Part shown: positions 40,555-52,084 of the stretch, piece after piece | How the letters are laid out: each line of letters begins with the position of its first letter | How positions within the stretch are numbered: the first letter of the stretch is position 1 | NCBI RefSeq assembly: GCF_009834535.1 | Contig: NC_045707.1 | Span: 56,794,001 to 56,858,000, forward strand | Length of the DNA: 64,000 nt | DNA from: Camelus ferus | Taxonomy: Eukaryota | Direction: 5' to 3' | Notes under the pieces: generated by a model | Databases searched by the model: none | The model's input: only the letters and a program-made list of their open reading frames with translations | Told to the model about the DNA's origin: nothing | Position numbers and translations under genes: made by a program

Positions 40555-41420
40555 ATTCATTTATTTAATAAATATTTATTACAACTTTATGGCAAATATT
40601 GCCCTAAGCACTGGAAATACAACAGTTCATAAAACAAAATATATATTCAATCATAAAATGAATAAATATATAAACATATAATGCAGTGAAGAAAATAGAG
40701 CTGTTTAAGGAAATAGAGAGTTGCAGTGTGTGAGTGGGAGCATACTTTTTATACTCTCTTCATATAAGGATTTTCAGAAGTGTTGACATTTAGGCAGACA
40801 CTGAAATAACTGATGGAGGGAACCATATGAATATTGGATAGGTTGGGGAGAAGGCCAGGCAAAAGGAATAGCAGTTGCAAATACCGAGGGGAGAACGTGC
40901 TTAATATGGGATTTGAAATCACAACTAACTGATCCTTTCTTCCCTTGCTCTAATTCCTGTCCCTTCCCCTGCTCTGCTTCTTTCCTGTGCACTTATGCCC
41001 TTTTGACACACAAATAACTTACTTATGTTAGTGGTTTCTGTACTTCTCATCACAATGGAGGCTGTACGAAAAAGGGCATTTGTCTATTATGTTCACCAGT
41101 GTACCCTAATGTGTAGAATAGCATCTGGCTCATAGCCGCTACTCGGTAGATCTTCACTATCTCAATTGACATGCTGTTCTGGGGCCTGCAAAGAGACTGT
41201 GAAGCCAGTGGATAGTGTGTAGGGGCATAGACATGACGTGGACAGAGAGGGCCAGGATCAATATTGTATGGCTTTGTAGGCTTGGAAAGGACTTAGAATT
41301 TTCTCTGAAGTGTGATGGGAAGGTATTGAAGAATTGAGTATAAGAGGATGGAAAGGTCTGATTCACATGTCTACAGGTCTTATAGACTGCTGAATGGAGA
41401 AAAGAATTCACCATTTTCCA
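40555..41420. mobile_element. L2 fragments (minus, with a plus-strand L2 3' end at about 40930-41150)
   Basis: 'cattcatttatttaataaatatttatt...ccctaagcactggaaatacaacagt', 'gaaggccaggcaaaaggaatagcagttgcaaa', 'gttcaccagtgtaccctaatgtgtagaatagcatctggc', 'gtgtgatgggaaggtattgaaga'. Confidence 0.75.
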
Positions 41421-41699
41421 GGAGCTCCCAGTTGAGTGTACAGGTGCACCAATATGCTAATAACTCACCTATTGCAGACCTTAATAAGGGTTACAGCTGA
41501 AGTACAAACCAGTGGTGTGAAAATAAAAAGGACCCCAGAGTGGTGAGGCTTCATGGAAGAGGGGGCACTGAAGCTGGATCTTAAATTTGAGTAAAAAGAG
41601 AATTCTGGGTAACAAAACAATTGAGAAAAGAATAAATGCAACACAATCAATTGGTGAAAAAAAGACATTTAGAAAGTAGGTTTCAATTCAGAGTGACTG

Positions 41700-41900
41700 A
41701 GGATAATGATGACAGTAAGTGCTTTGCATGCATTATCTCACTTAGTTTTTATAACACTCTCAATGTGTTAAAACCTAGTTTAATCCCCACTTCTCAGAGA
41801 AAGAAAACTGAGGCTCAGAGAAGCTAGGTCAAAGCTTTATTGGTCAAGAAAGTAGAAGGATGGAGATTTGATTTGAGTCTGACACTAGAGCCCATGTACT
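41700..41900 (-). mobile_element. MIR
   Basis: 'atccccacttctcagagaaagaaaactgaggctcagagaag...gtctgacactagagccca'. Confidence 0.8.
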
Positions 41901-44149
41901 GAGTTGATGATTTAATAATAATATGATCATAATTCAAAGAAATACCCAATTCCTTGCATCTAATCAGCTCAAGCAATTAAAATTTTTTCTCATGACTGGA
42001 GCTGCCAGTGTATATAATTCTATCCAAGGCACTGTAATTATGTTACTGATTATGTGCTCTTTTGATATTAAAGCAAAACATTTATAATAAGAATTTCTGC
42101 TTTTGTTATGAAATGTCAATTTATGTTCCTTTCAATTATTTATGTGTAGTGAATGTCAAGTATAAGGCAGATAAATTGAAGAGATTAATGTATGCCCACA
42201 ATTTATAATGAGAAAATAAACTCTTAATTCTGTCACAAGGAGCTCCAAGCTCCTAATCAACAAGCTACAAAATTGTGACTGGATCAGTTGTTTACGGGGC
42301 CTACATTTCCAGCTAAGACATGGCGACCCAGGATTTAATAATTCACTGTCAGTATGTTCAAAATGAAGTTTTGCTGAGGTCATTCCCTGTCTGAATGGCA
42401 TTTAACCTTTTCAGTCCTTGGTTATGGACTGAAGAAGATACCAGCAAAACTGGTCACATGACCTGGATTTAGAAGAGAGGTCAACATAAAAATGGAATTT
42501 AAGAGAAAATGGAGAAAAGATAAATTCATCAAAGAGGAAATATTAGGCAGAAAATTTTTAGGATAAGGGTACAACAGATCAGTGTTTCTCAGTTTCTCTC
42601 ACAAAGAGAAAATCATGACATTTTACATCACACTGTTGTAGACAGAGGAGGCTGCTCAAGCCTAGAATTGAGAACATCAAGAGCTCGGAAGTCCCAGCTT
42701 TGAGGAGTCACCCTGAAGCTGAGAGACTGGTTTGCAGCACACTCACAACCTATTTGCAAAACACTAGTTGGGAAATTCTGCCCTAGTTAGCTCAGAATGA
42801 TTCATGGTATGACCAAGAAGAGTGGGACATTTTTACCTCTCTTATGTTCAGTTTGACTGTAAAAGAAAAGAATTGCACTGTGTCAGTGATCCCTTAATCC
42901 TTTTCAATGTTTGCATGCTGAAAAACACCAGGGAAGCTTTAGAAAAATGCTAATTTGGTGTCCTTAAAATAATTAAACCAAGATCATGAGAAGAGAGACC
43001 TAAATATTGGTATTTTTTAAAGCACTGTAGAGAATTCTAATGTTGAAAAAATCTAGATAATTGCTAGGGTCTTTTGTGTCCCTAACCATCTAAGATTTTA
43101 AATGGCATTAGAAGATAGTCTATAGCACCCTAAGTTGGGAGGAGCCAGTGAATGATGTGGATGCTTAAAGGGACAATCAAAGAAAACCCATAAGAGAGAC
43201 AGTCCCAGAAAAGAGATTGTAAGCCATTGCCAATGATACCTAAGAAGATCGCCTTCTAGACTTAAAATTGCCAGGAAGTAATTATTTCTCCTTGTAACAA
43301 AATTTAAGTGACAGTATCAGTCTCAGACTTTGAGATGAGAGAAAAAGAGATAAGCATAGGTGCAAATGCATGTAAGACCATAAGAAAAGGGATTTCACTG
43401 TAAAACTACTGTTCCATCTTTGGATCCAAATGGATGGATTAGTATAATTCTTTATTGAATGGATCAAGTAAAAATATACTAGGAAAATAGGATGGAGGTA
43501 CTAGCTAGAGAATGGAAGACATAATAGACCACGGATTCTTGGTTAGGTATGAAGAGAGTAAAAATAAGAACTGGCTGATAAAGTGGGTCAAATGATGTCT
43601 ATTTTCATGATATCCAAGAAAAAATACAGTGGAAATAATAGAATATGAGAATAGGATGATGAGGAGTGATTGCTCTAGGGATTACATTCCCCTCTACTTC
43701 ATTGGCAGGGGCCCCATTGGAGTAATACTTCTGGCCTTACCTGTACTCTTCCAAGAAGAAATGATTTCCTGGGTAAGCCAGTCTGGAGAATGAACTGGGG
43801 TGCGTGGCTCATTTTTCCCCTTCCTTCTTTTATCAGTCCTCCAGTGAGCATGCATTCCAAGCTGCTTTTTGCCATGCTGTAAACTTTGTAGCTTCTCTCA
43901 ACCCACTCATCTGCAGTCAAAGCCTTTAATTTAAGGAGGTAAAGCCAACTGATTCACTCACATATCAAAGCTGTGTTGTTTTCAATTCTACAGTGCTTTA
44001 CCATTTTCAGATGTTTTATACACATGATTTCCTATAATCCCATAGTAACCATTTTCCCCCTACCACTATATTGGTTATAGTATATATTAATATATTTAAT
44101 ATATTAAAATATTCCCTCTCTGTCCTTCATGGTTAGTTCATACCATTGT

Positions 44150-45170
44150 CTCACTTCTCAAACATTCAACACACCCTTCTCTAACCTACCCTCTGCTGAT
44201 GTCCTTGCTTCTTAAGTTCCTGAGGCCTTGTGCAAACCCCCACCCCCACAATTACCAGCATTAGGGACCCACATACTCTGCCTTCCACTTGTTTTCAAAG
44301 ATGGGGTCCTCTTTCTCTTCCTAAAGCCAATCTCTTTTCACATAGATACTGTCTCCTCTCATCCACTCAAGGACATCACTCCAGAAATTTGCCTCTACAT
44401 CATCAATTTTTCACCCGCTACTTGAGTTTTTATCTTAGTACAACGTGTTCTTATTTCTCTCCCTTCTTTGCAAGCCACTGTCCCATTTCTTTAATTCCCT
44501 TTGCAACAGTTGCTTTAAAGTGTTGTATAAACAGTTTTCAATTTCTCTTCTCCTATTTTCTTAAACTTACTTCAATCAGCTTTTCTTCCAGCCCTCCACT
44601 GAAGCCAACCTCCACACTGTTAAATCCAAGGGCCAATTCTCAGCTTAGTTGATCTGTCAGCTCTTGACACAGAGGATCATATGTACCTCCTGGAGTCATG
44701 TTAATCACTGGTCTTTCGGAACATGTCTGTCTTGGTCTTTCCCCTACTTGGCTGATTGCTTCTACTCATACTTCGTTTTCTGGTCTCCCAGGACTCTTAT
44801 TGTTGGAGTACACTAGGGCAATGACCTCTTCTCTTCTCCATTACATCACTTCCTGACAACCTCATTTCAGGCTTTTGGCTTTCTATCTGTATACTAATTT
44901 GGTCTCCAGACTTGTATATTCAATTGCCTTTGTGACATCCTGTTTAGATGTTTAGTAGAAAACTCAAACTCAACAGGTGCATAACTGAACAACTGTATTT
45001 TTCCCAAACCTGCTTTTCTGGCAGTCTTCTCCATCTCATTTGGCAGCAATTTCATTCTTCTATTGATCAGGCCAAAAACTTGAGCAACTGCTCAGGTCAA
45101 AGGGCTTGCAGTTATCCTGGGTCCTTTGCTGTCTTTCACAACCCACATCTGACCCATTAGGAAAATCTGA
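44150..45170 (+). mobile_element. L2 fragment (about 1 kb)
   Basis: 'aaatccaagggccaattctcag...ttgacacagaggatca', 'tattcaattgcctttgtgacatcc', 'tcaggccaaaaactt'. Confidence 0.8.
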
Positions 45171-45314
45171 ACACTTCAGTAAAATTAAAATAAATAGTTC
45201 ATCAGATAACCAATCACCTAAAAATTCTTGGATGTATAAAATCAATCAGTTATTTATTAATCCATTTTTATATTCTGTACTGAATTATAATCATTGGTGG
45301 ATAAAGCAGTGCCA

Positions 45315-45520
45315 AGATACAAATTTGAGTTGTAGTGTGGCTTTGAAATCAGAAAACCTGATTTCAGATGATGTGATTTTCTCACTTACCAGCTGTGTGA
45401 CCTTAAACAAATTATAATTTCTTAAATGTAACTGAGGAATAAAATATCTCCTTTAGAGAGTTTTGTAAAAGGCAACATTGTGACTGACATATAATATCAT
45501 TCAATAAATGGTAGCTATTG
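45315..45520 (+). mobile_element. MIR
   Basis: 'ggctttgaaatcagaaaacctg...cacttaccagctgtgtgaccttaaacaa...tcaataaatggtagctatt'. Confidence 0.75.
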
Positions 45521-46462
45521 AGCCATTGTTCTTGTTCTTACTAGAAAATAAAACAGTATAGTGATTGTTGGCTTTGGTTTCCAGAGAAAAATTCTTGGAA
45601 AAAGTAAAATTAAGGAGGAAATAATGCACTTGCTACCATGGCAATTGTGGCAGTACAAATCTTGAAGAATAAGAAATAAGATAATCTAAAGATTGGTTTA
45701 GTCTACTCCACAGTTTTGCCTAACATTGCTCTTGTTCCTGTAATCTTGCAATCTTTCTCATCTTAAACATGGGATTATGAATGGAGTGTCCATCCATATA
45801 AGTTAATGTATTTTTAGAAAAATAGTTCTATTATTCCAAGCTATTATACCCACCTAGATATGGAAATGTTATCCTAAAAGTCCTTGCATAGAATTGGTTA
45901 CCAACATGATTTCTTTCATCCTTTGAATCTATTTCTTCTGGGATGGTATAAACAAAGCATTTAGTGAAACTGGATAAAAAGCATTAGAACGTCTGCTTCG
46001 TTTGCTTGGTATATCCCTTTGTTTTCTTTAATGTGGTATTTTTCTCAAAGCTCTACGAATATGTGCATGAGAAGAGTTTATCTATGTGTACATTTGGGTG
46101 GGTGGACACATGTTAGTGTACAAAGTGAGGTGTCTCAACATATATTTTAAAGTCTATTTTCTAAACCACTACACAGCATTATTTAATAAAAGCAATATGA
46201 CTTGATAGAATATCTGGATCTGTTCATTCTTTTTTCATTGTTGTTCATTCATTCACCAAAAACTTGCCTATTGTGTACCAAAGAGTGCGTTCAGCATGAA
46301 AAATTTTAAATATACCACATATTTACTCTAAATAAGACTCTGAGAATGAGAATAAGCATTTCTGAATTCTCAGGACTAGTCATCCAGTCAAAATGAGATA
46401 ATCAGTATTAAAATGCAATTCATGAAAAGAGAAAAGCAAAACAACCAGAGGAGAACGTTTTA

Positions 46463-46545
46463 AGCATATATATATGAATCGTTCTACTGTACGCAGGAAT
46501 TAACACAACGTTGTAAATCAACTATACTGCAGTTTTAAAAAAAAT
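46463..46545 (+). mobile_element. Very short L1 3'-end fragment
   Basis: 'ctgtacgcaggaattaacacaacgttgtaaatcaactatactgcagttttaaaaaaaa'. Confidence 0.7.
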
Positions 46546-48329
46546 CCAAATTCTGTGTGAGCAATTGAGAATTCTCTGTATTCCTGGTGAAATAATTCCA
46601 GTGCAGTCCAAGAACATATATGAAAACTGGACAGTAAATAAGTAGAGAATACAGATTTGTCCAGGGTGGAAGTATTCTGTTTGGTCACAAATGGCTAAGA
46701 ATTTTACTAATTTTTAAGGAAAAATGAAACTTAATGTAAACAGTATACTATATAGTAGAGCATGTAGGGCAAAACGAAGTTCATAGTCAATGTATAACAC
46801 TATATGTGGAGTTTTCATGCCGTAGAATGGACTCACTACTTCTCAACTAACAATTTTTATGTGTATAAAAGTCAGAGCTCTGAAACCTTTTGGAACATTA
46901 TCATAAAAACCTGAGCTATGTAGGCATCTGGTATCCAGAATGGTAGAGGAGGAAATAACATCATGTCATAAAACTTTAATATGATTTCTGTAAAATCAGG
47001 CTGATGACATATATTTTAAAACATAAACTTAACATAATGTAATGACAACATAACATTATTGACTTGTAGAATTTAGAGTTCTTATCAACTAATATTTTTT
47101 TCTGTTAAAGGACCAAACCAAACAAAACAAAACTCAATCCTGAATTTCATACAATTGATATTTGTAACTTAAGCATAGAAGTATGCATAGGCTATCATCA
47201 TCATAATGTAAACATTTGTGAAAAATGTGATTCAAGCAAAAAGAAAACAGAGTGAAAGAGCAGAAAAAATATGAAAAGAAGATAGTGTTTCAAAAATTTC
47301 TAATTCGAGTTCTGAAGGCAGTAATATGCAGGTATGTATGTATATGGATATATATACACACACATATATATGTGTATAATTCACATAGTACATGTACATG
47401 CATACATATATATAGAGACATACATAAAATTTTATGAAATAATGTAAACAATACAACACATCATTATCAAAATATAAGTTAAAGCCAAATTTAATAATTT
47501 TCTTTCATTATAAATGGAAGCTTGTGAATTTCAATCTCAATATACTTTATGATGGTGATGATGATGATAATTATTTTGGTCTACAAATGGCCAAAAATCT
47601 TGAAGGATTTCAAGGAATTGCCTTGATTTATTTGGGACACCCTCAATGAATGGATTAATTCTTTAAAAAAATCTCTTGACCTTGGAAAAAAGTCTTTGAG
47701 GCATTAGAAGGTTTTCTTTTTTAATTGAAATACTTTAATGCATGATCTCAGTGCTAGACTTGATGACACCTGTTGGATCAAGCATCTCATTGGCATGCTA
47801 CAAAATGCAGTGTTCCCCCTCAGTTCACCTGCCCTTCATTTCTGTTCTAACTGTACTGGGTGTCTGGCACATCATTTCTCTTCAATAAGGATTTATTGAA
47901 TAAATGAGTGGGTGAATGAATGAATGAACAAACCCTGCAAACTTGTGCACAGCCAGCTGTAAGTGTCAGAAATTAGAAGACTCAGAAGCAGGATGTAAAA
48001 GTCAACTTAGAGTTTTGACTATCTATACAGGGTCATCTTTGCTGCATCCTAAAAAATTAATGATATAAAGACAAGTGTACAGATATATAGAGAGGTGCAT
48101 GAATCTGACTATATATTTAGATAGACAGATACATGATAGGTAGGTAGGTAGGTAGGTAGATAGATAGATGGCAGTATATACTTAACTATCTTCCATATGT
48201 CATCCGTATGGATTCACTAGGATGTATTTCCCGTCTGGGCTGTAAATATCACTCCATCTGGCATGGCTTCTAATTGAATGCTTGCCTAGGAAATTGTTAT
48301 CCTATAGTGCTATGATGTAAATTGTATTG

Positions 48330-48456
48330 ATATCTCTCTCCTCTCCTTTCCTCCTCCACCTCCTCCTCCTCTTTATTCCTCCGCCTGCTCCTCCTCCTCC
48401 TCCCTCTTCTTCTTCCTTTTCTCTCTCTCTCTTTCTCTGTCTCTCTCTCTCTCTCC
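48330..48456. repeat. Pyrimidine-rich simple repeat (CCT/CT)n
   Basis: Nearly pure C/T on the + strand for about 125 nt. Confidence 0.9.
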
Positions 48457-51400
48457 TATTCTTCACCCTTTTTAAACATCTATCCCTTGAGCATTTATTA
48501 GAAACTAATAGCAAATGAGCAGCTCTTTTCAGCATATTCTTTTAACTCCCCCAATTCTTATCACTCTAGTACATTTTTGAGCTTGTTATCCATTACTCAT
48601 AAAAAATGAAAGAAAAGCTATATTGAATTGCTTGTCTTGAAGCAGAATATATCTTAACAGTTATTTGTTGTAAACAATTATGTTGAAGGGACATAAAATA
48701 TATTTGTGCTTAATATTCCTGACACAATATGAAATAGTAGCCCTAAAGTATTTTTGAACTTTTTATAAAACCAAACTGATAATATACATTTCAGAAAGCT
48801 TAAGAGTAATTATTCCCAGAGGTAGAAGGGTGTATTGTATGACTTCTGAGAATCTTCTGTGTAAGTCTATTAAAAACAAGTGTCTGGCTTCAGGACTTTT
48901 ATTTTACCCATTTTTTAAAAGTATAATTTAGTTATTCTTTTACTTTTTCATATTCAGTTTCTGTAAAAATTCAAGTGGTTGAGATAGTTGGTATTAAACC
49001 TTTTAGAGTTCATGTTGTTAATTTACTTCTCTTTGGTAGAAGATACATTATGAGATATTTTGGGCAGTGGTCTGTGTCTAGCAATTGAAATAGACATACT
49101 ATTTACCCTTCCTGTGGTAGAGTAGAAACCGTTGATTACCTAGAAACCAATGATTGCTACCATTAGCATATTAAATTGTGTTTTACGTGGTAATGTTGCA
49201 CTTCATTTTACTTTTAAGTTAATACTTAAATAGTCTAATTATAAGTGAAAAGCACCCAAACCAAATAGGAAATTTCTTGACAGGCCATAATAACCTTGGA
49301 ATTTGGAAAGCTAACCAAAAGAATAAGAATATCACTCTGCATCTCTATACTTCATACATATTTTTAAACACAAGTACGTTCTAATTTTACTTGATTTCAT
49401 AGGAATAGGTTGTTGACTAGATTAACTCTCTTTACTAAATTCACTTGAGAAAATGTTTATATATATATATAAAAAAAAAAACACCTAGCACAATTCCCTC
49501 TTATGCCCTGAAATGTTTTCACCGTCTTTCCCCCACCAATCTTTGCCATCTCATATCTTTGCACACATGCATTCTTCTCTTTGGAAAGTCTTCTACCTTC
49601 TACTTCGGCCAAAATTTCTCTAATATATCCCTTGAATTGCTGCTTTTCAGATGAACTCACTTAGTCTCCTTTAGGTTAAGTTAGTCATTAGTATTTATTA
49701 AATTGTATTTCAGCTATCTTGCTAGTTAACTACCTCTGATTAGTTGATATTTCTTCCACAAAATTTAAAGTTCCTTGAAGGCAGATACTATATTTTTTTA
49801 TAATTATGCCTCTAGGGACTGGAAACAGTCTCAGGCCTCTGTAACCACAATGGACAAGTCAAGATTCTATATCCTCAGCAATTTTTGGACCTGGACACCA
49901 TCTTCAGTACTGCTACCAGGCAGAGAGAGAAAGCTGAGTTGTCTCCAAGTAGACCTCAGAACAATAAAATAATGTCATTGTCATAAAAGCCTACATAGAA
50001 AAAAAAGTTTGGGGAAGGATGTATACTTTGGCAATTTCAACAATGTTTAGAATAAAACAGTGTACTTAAAATAATTATATATTAATATTGGTTCTTCTTC
50101 CTGCTTCTTTCAACATTAATTCATACTGGTTCCTCCCCTCCACAAATGAAATACAAAAAAGAAAGACATGTGTTGTTATTGGCCAAAAAGCTTTAGATTT
50201 CCTAGCTAACATAGTTTGTTGGGTGATGCAAATTTAGCAAATATGTGAGATAATACCAGGAATATTGGTATTATATCAGAAATATTTGATTTATTGGCTC
50301 CTCTACAATGATAATATGAAATATGGAAGTTGTTTAAATTATGTCAGAACCAATTTATGAGTAAGCATAAAAATGTTTAGAGATTATATTTGTACCATAA
50401 TGATCTATTTGGCAAACAAAAATTTTCTTTAGAATTTGGGTTCCCAAGAAGCTTTAGGTTTATTTTTGAGATGCTATTTCTACTCACAACTCCTGGGGAG
50501 CTCGAGTTACATGGCTCTGTCAATCACAAGAGGAATATCCCCATATTTATCTGCAAAGGGGAAGATCCCAACATTTATCTTAAGGGGCCGAACCAAGATT
50601 TTTTATATACATCACTGATCACTACATTTGGTATGAATATATAGTTATTTTATTTGAGGATCATTGGAATAAATCCCACGTGGGCTAAGAAATCAGAAGG
50701 GAAAAATGATTGAGTTGAAAAAGTACAAATGACTAATAATTTAAGTTTTAAGAACTCATCACCATCATTATATTTTTATAGCCTTCATGTTCAAAGCATG
50801 TGATTCCTGGTTCTTGATTGTGAATAACTGTGTCATCTTAGATACATTCACAAAGACACCACTTTTGGTTTGTTTTAATCTCTGTCCTAAAATCTCTGCC
50901 TTCGAACCACGTGTAAATGGAACATTTATTTTTACCTCTAAAAAGTTTAAAGTCATCTGAATATGATCTTTTGTAGAGACTGAATAGTTTGTTTTAAAGA
51001 CAGAAAATGAACATGCTTTGCAACACAGCCTAAATATTTATAATCAGTATTTTTGGATCATGATTCAAAAATGTTCATGTATCTAAAATGTGTTTTATTG
51101 TTTTCTATACATGTGAGATAAAGTTGTAATTACTTAAATGAATGGAACTTTTTAAAGCATTGATTGTGAAACAATTTTTTTGAGATAAGATGGGAGAAAT
51201 AAGAAAATAATGATTACATTCATATTCATAATATTCTTTAAGAATTCAGAAAAGTAAAAATAATTAATGCATTTTATTTGATAAAATTTCTATCATTATA
51301 TAGCCTACTGAATTATATGCTTTGCCACAGAATGGCCTAACCAGCTATAATATGATTTGATCTGTATATTAAAAAAGAACTGCTTACTTAAAACAAAGGC

Positions 51401-51499
51401 TTTGTGAAAAATTTAAAATCCTGTTGAAAAGACTGGGAGTAACAAAGAGATTTAGAAACATACAGAAACAATAGTGGTGGAACAATTATTTGTTACTAA

Positions 51500-52003
51500 A
51501 TACAGCTTTAAACAGTATAGGAAACATGCTTCAGTTTAGTCAGAAGAGGTCCTCTGAATTACACTGTGCCTGCTTCCCTGAAATGAAACTGTATGTTATT
51601 GGTTAACCAGGATATTTAGCATAATCACTCTGCTAGACTGTGGTGGAGGGAGGTGATTATCACTGAGAACAGATGGGCAGGTCCACAGCACTGCCAGATT
51701 CTGCACAAGCTCCATTTATTGTTGGTTCTTGCTTTTTTCCTTCGGTGTTTTAATTTTTTTTTTAAACACTGTATGTTCTAAAGAACTAGCTGCACAAAAG
51801 GCCAGTAGCTGATGACCTTTCAGCTTAGATTTCAAACGCAGAAGAAAGATTCAAAATGCTGTCACTGTGTATCTAAGAAGGATGGGGCAGATTTCATTTT
51901 ACCCTCTAGCCTCCCTCAATGCATGCACGGATTTATCTGTACGCTAAGCTCTCTGCTCTGCATCTGTAGCTCCTTGTGGATTATATTGTCTCTCTGATCA
52001 GAA
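51500..52003 (+). promoter_or_regulatory. Putative internal non-CpG-island promoter and 5' UTR of the alternative first exon
   Basis: Repeat-free and more GC-balanced than the flanks, directly upstream of an ATG that has an in-frame stop before it. Reverse CCAAT (ATTGG) at about 51598 and TGACCTTT (reverse NBRE AAAGGTCA) at 51813-51820. The TSS cannot be located from sequence. Confidence 0.5.
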
Positions 52004-52084
52004 ATGATTTTCTCGGATATGAACACCGTTTCTGGCTCCCCTAAAGTGCATCCTCCTAATGGGACCCGGTTTTACACTTTTCAA
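52004..52084 (+). CDS. PPFIA2: Alternative first coding exon (27 codons, MIFSDMNTVSGSPKVHPPNGTRFYTFQ), probably of a short liprin-alpha-2 isoform
   Basis: Seen: ATG at 52004 (GAAATGA, A at -3), in-frame TGA upstream at 51995-51997, 27 open codons, and a strong phase-0 donor CAA|GTAAGT at 52085; CpGs are locally retained. Recalled, not searched: the peptide matches the alternative N-terminus of human PPFIA2, which splices to the EFAALTKELNACRE exon (not in this window). Confidence 0.75.

Noticed and set aside
48302..48535. Poly-Pro/Ser and Arg/Glu/Gly-rich ORFs
   Set aside because: Products of the CT-rich simple repeat.
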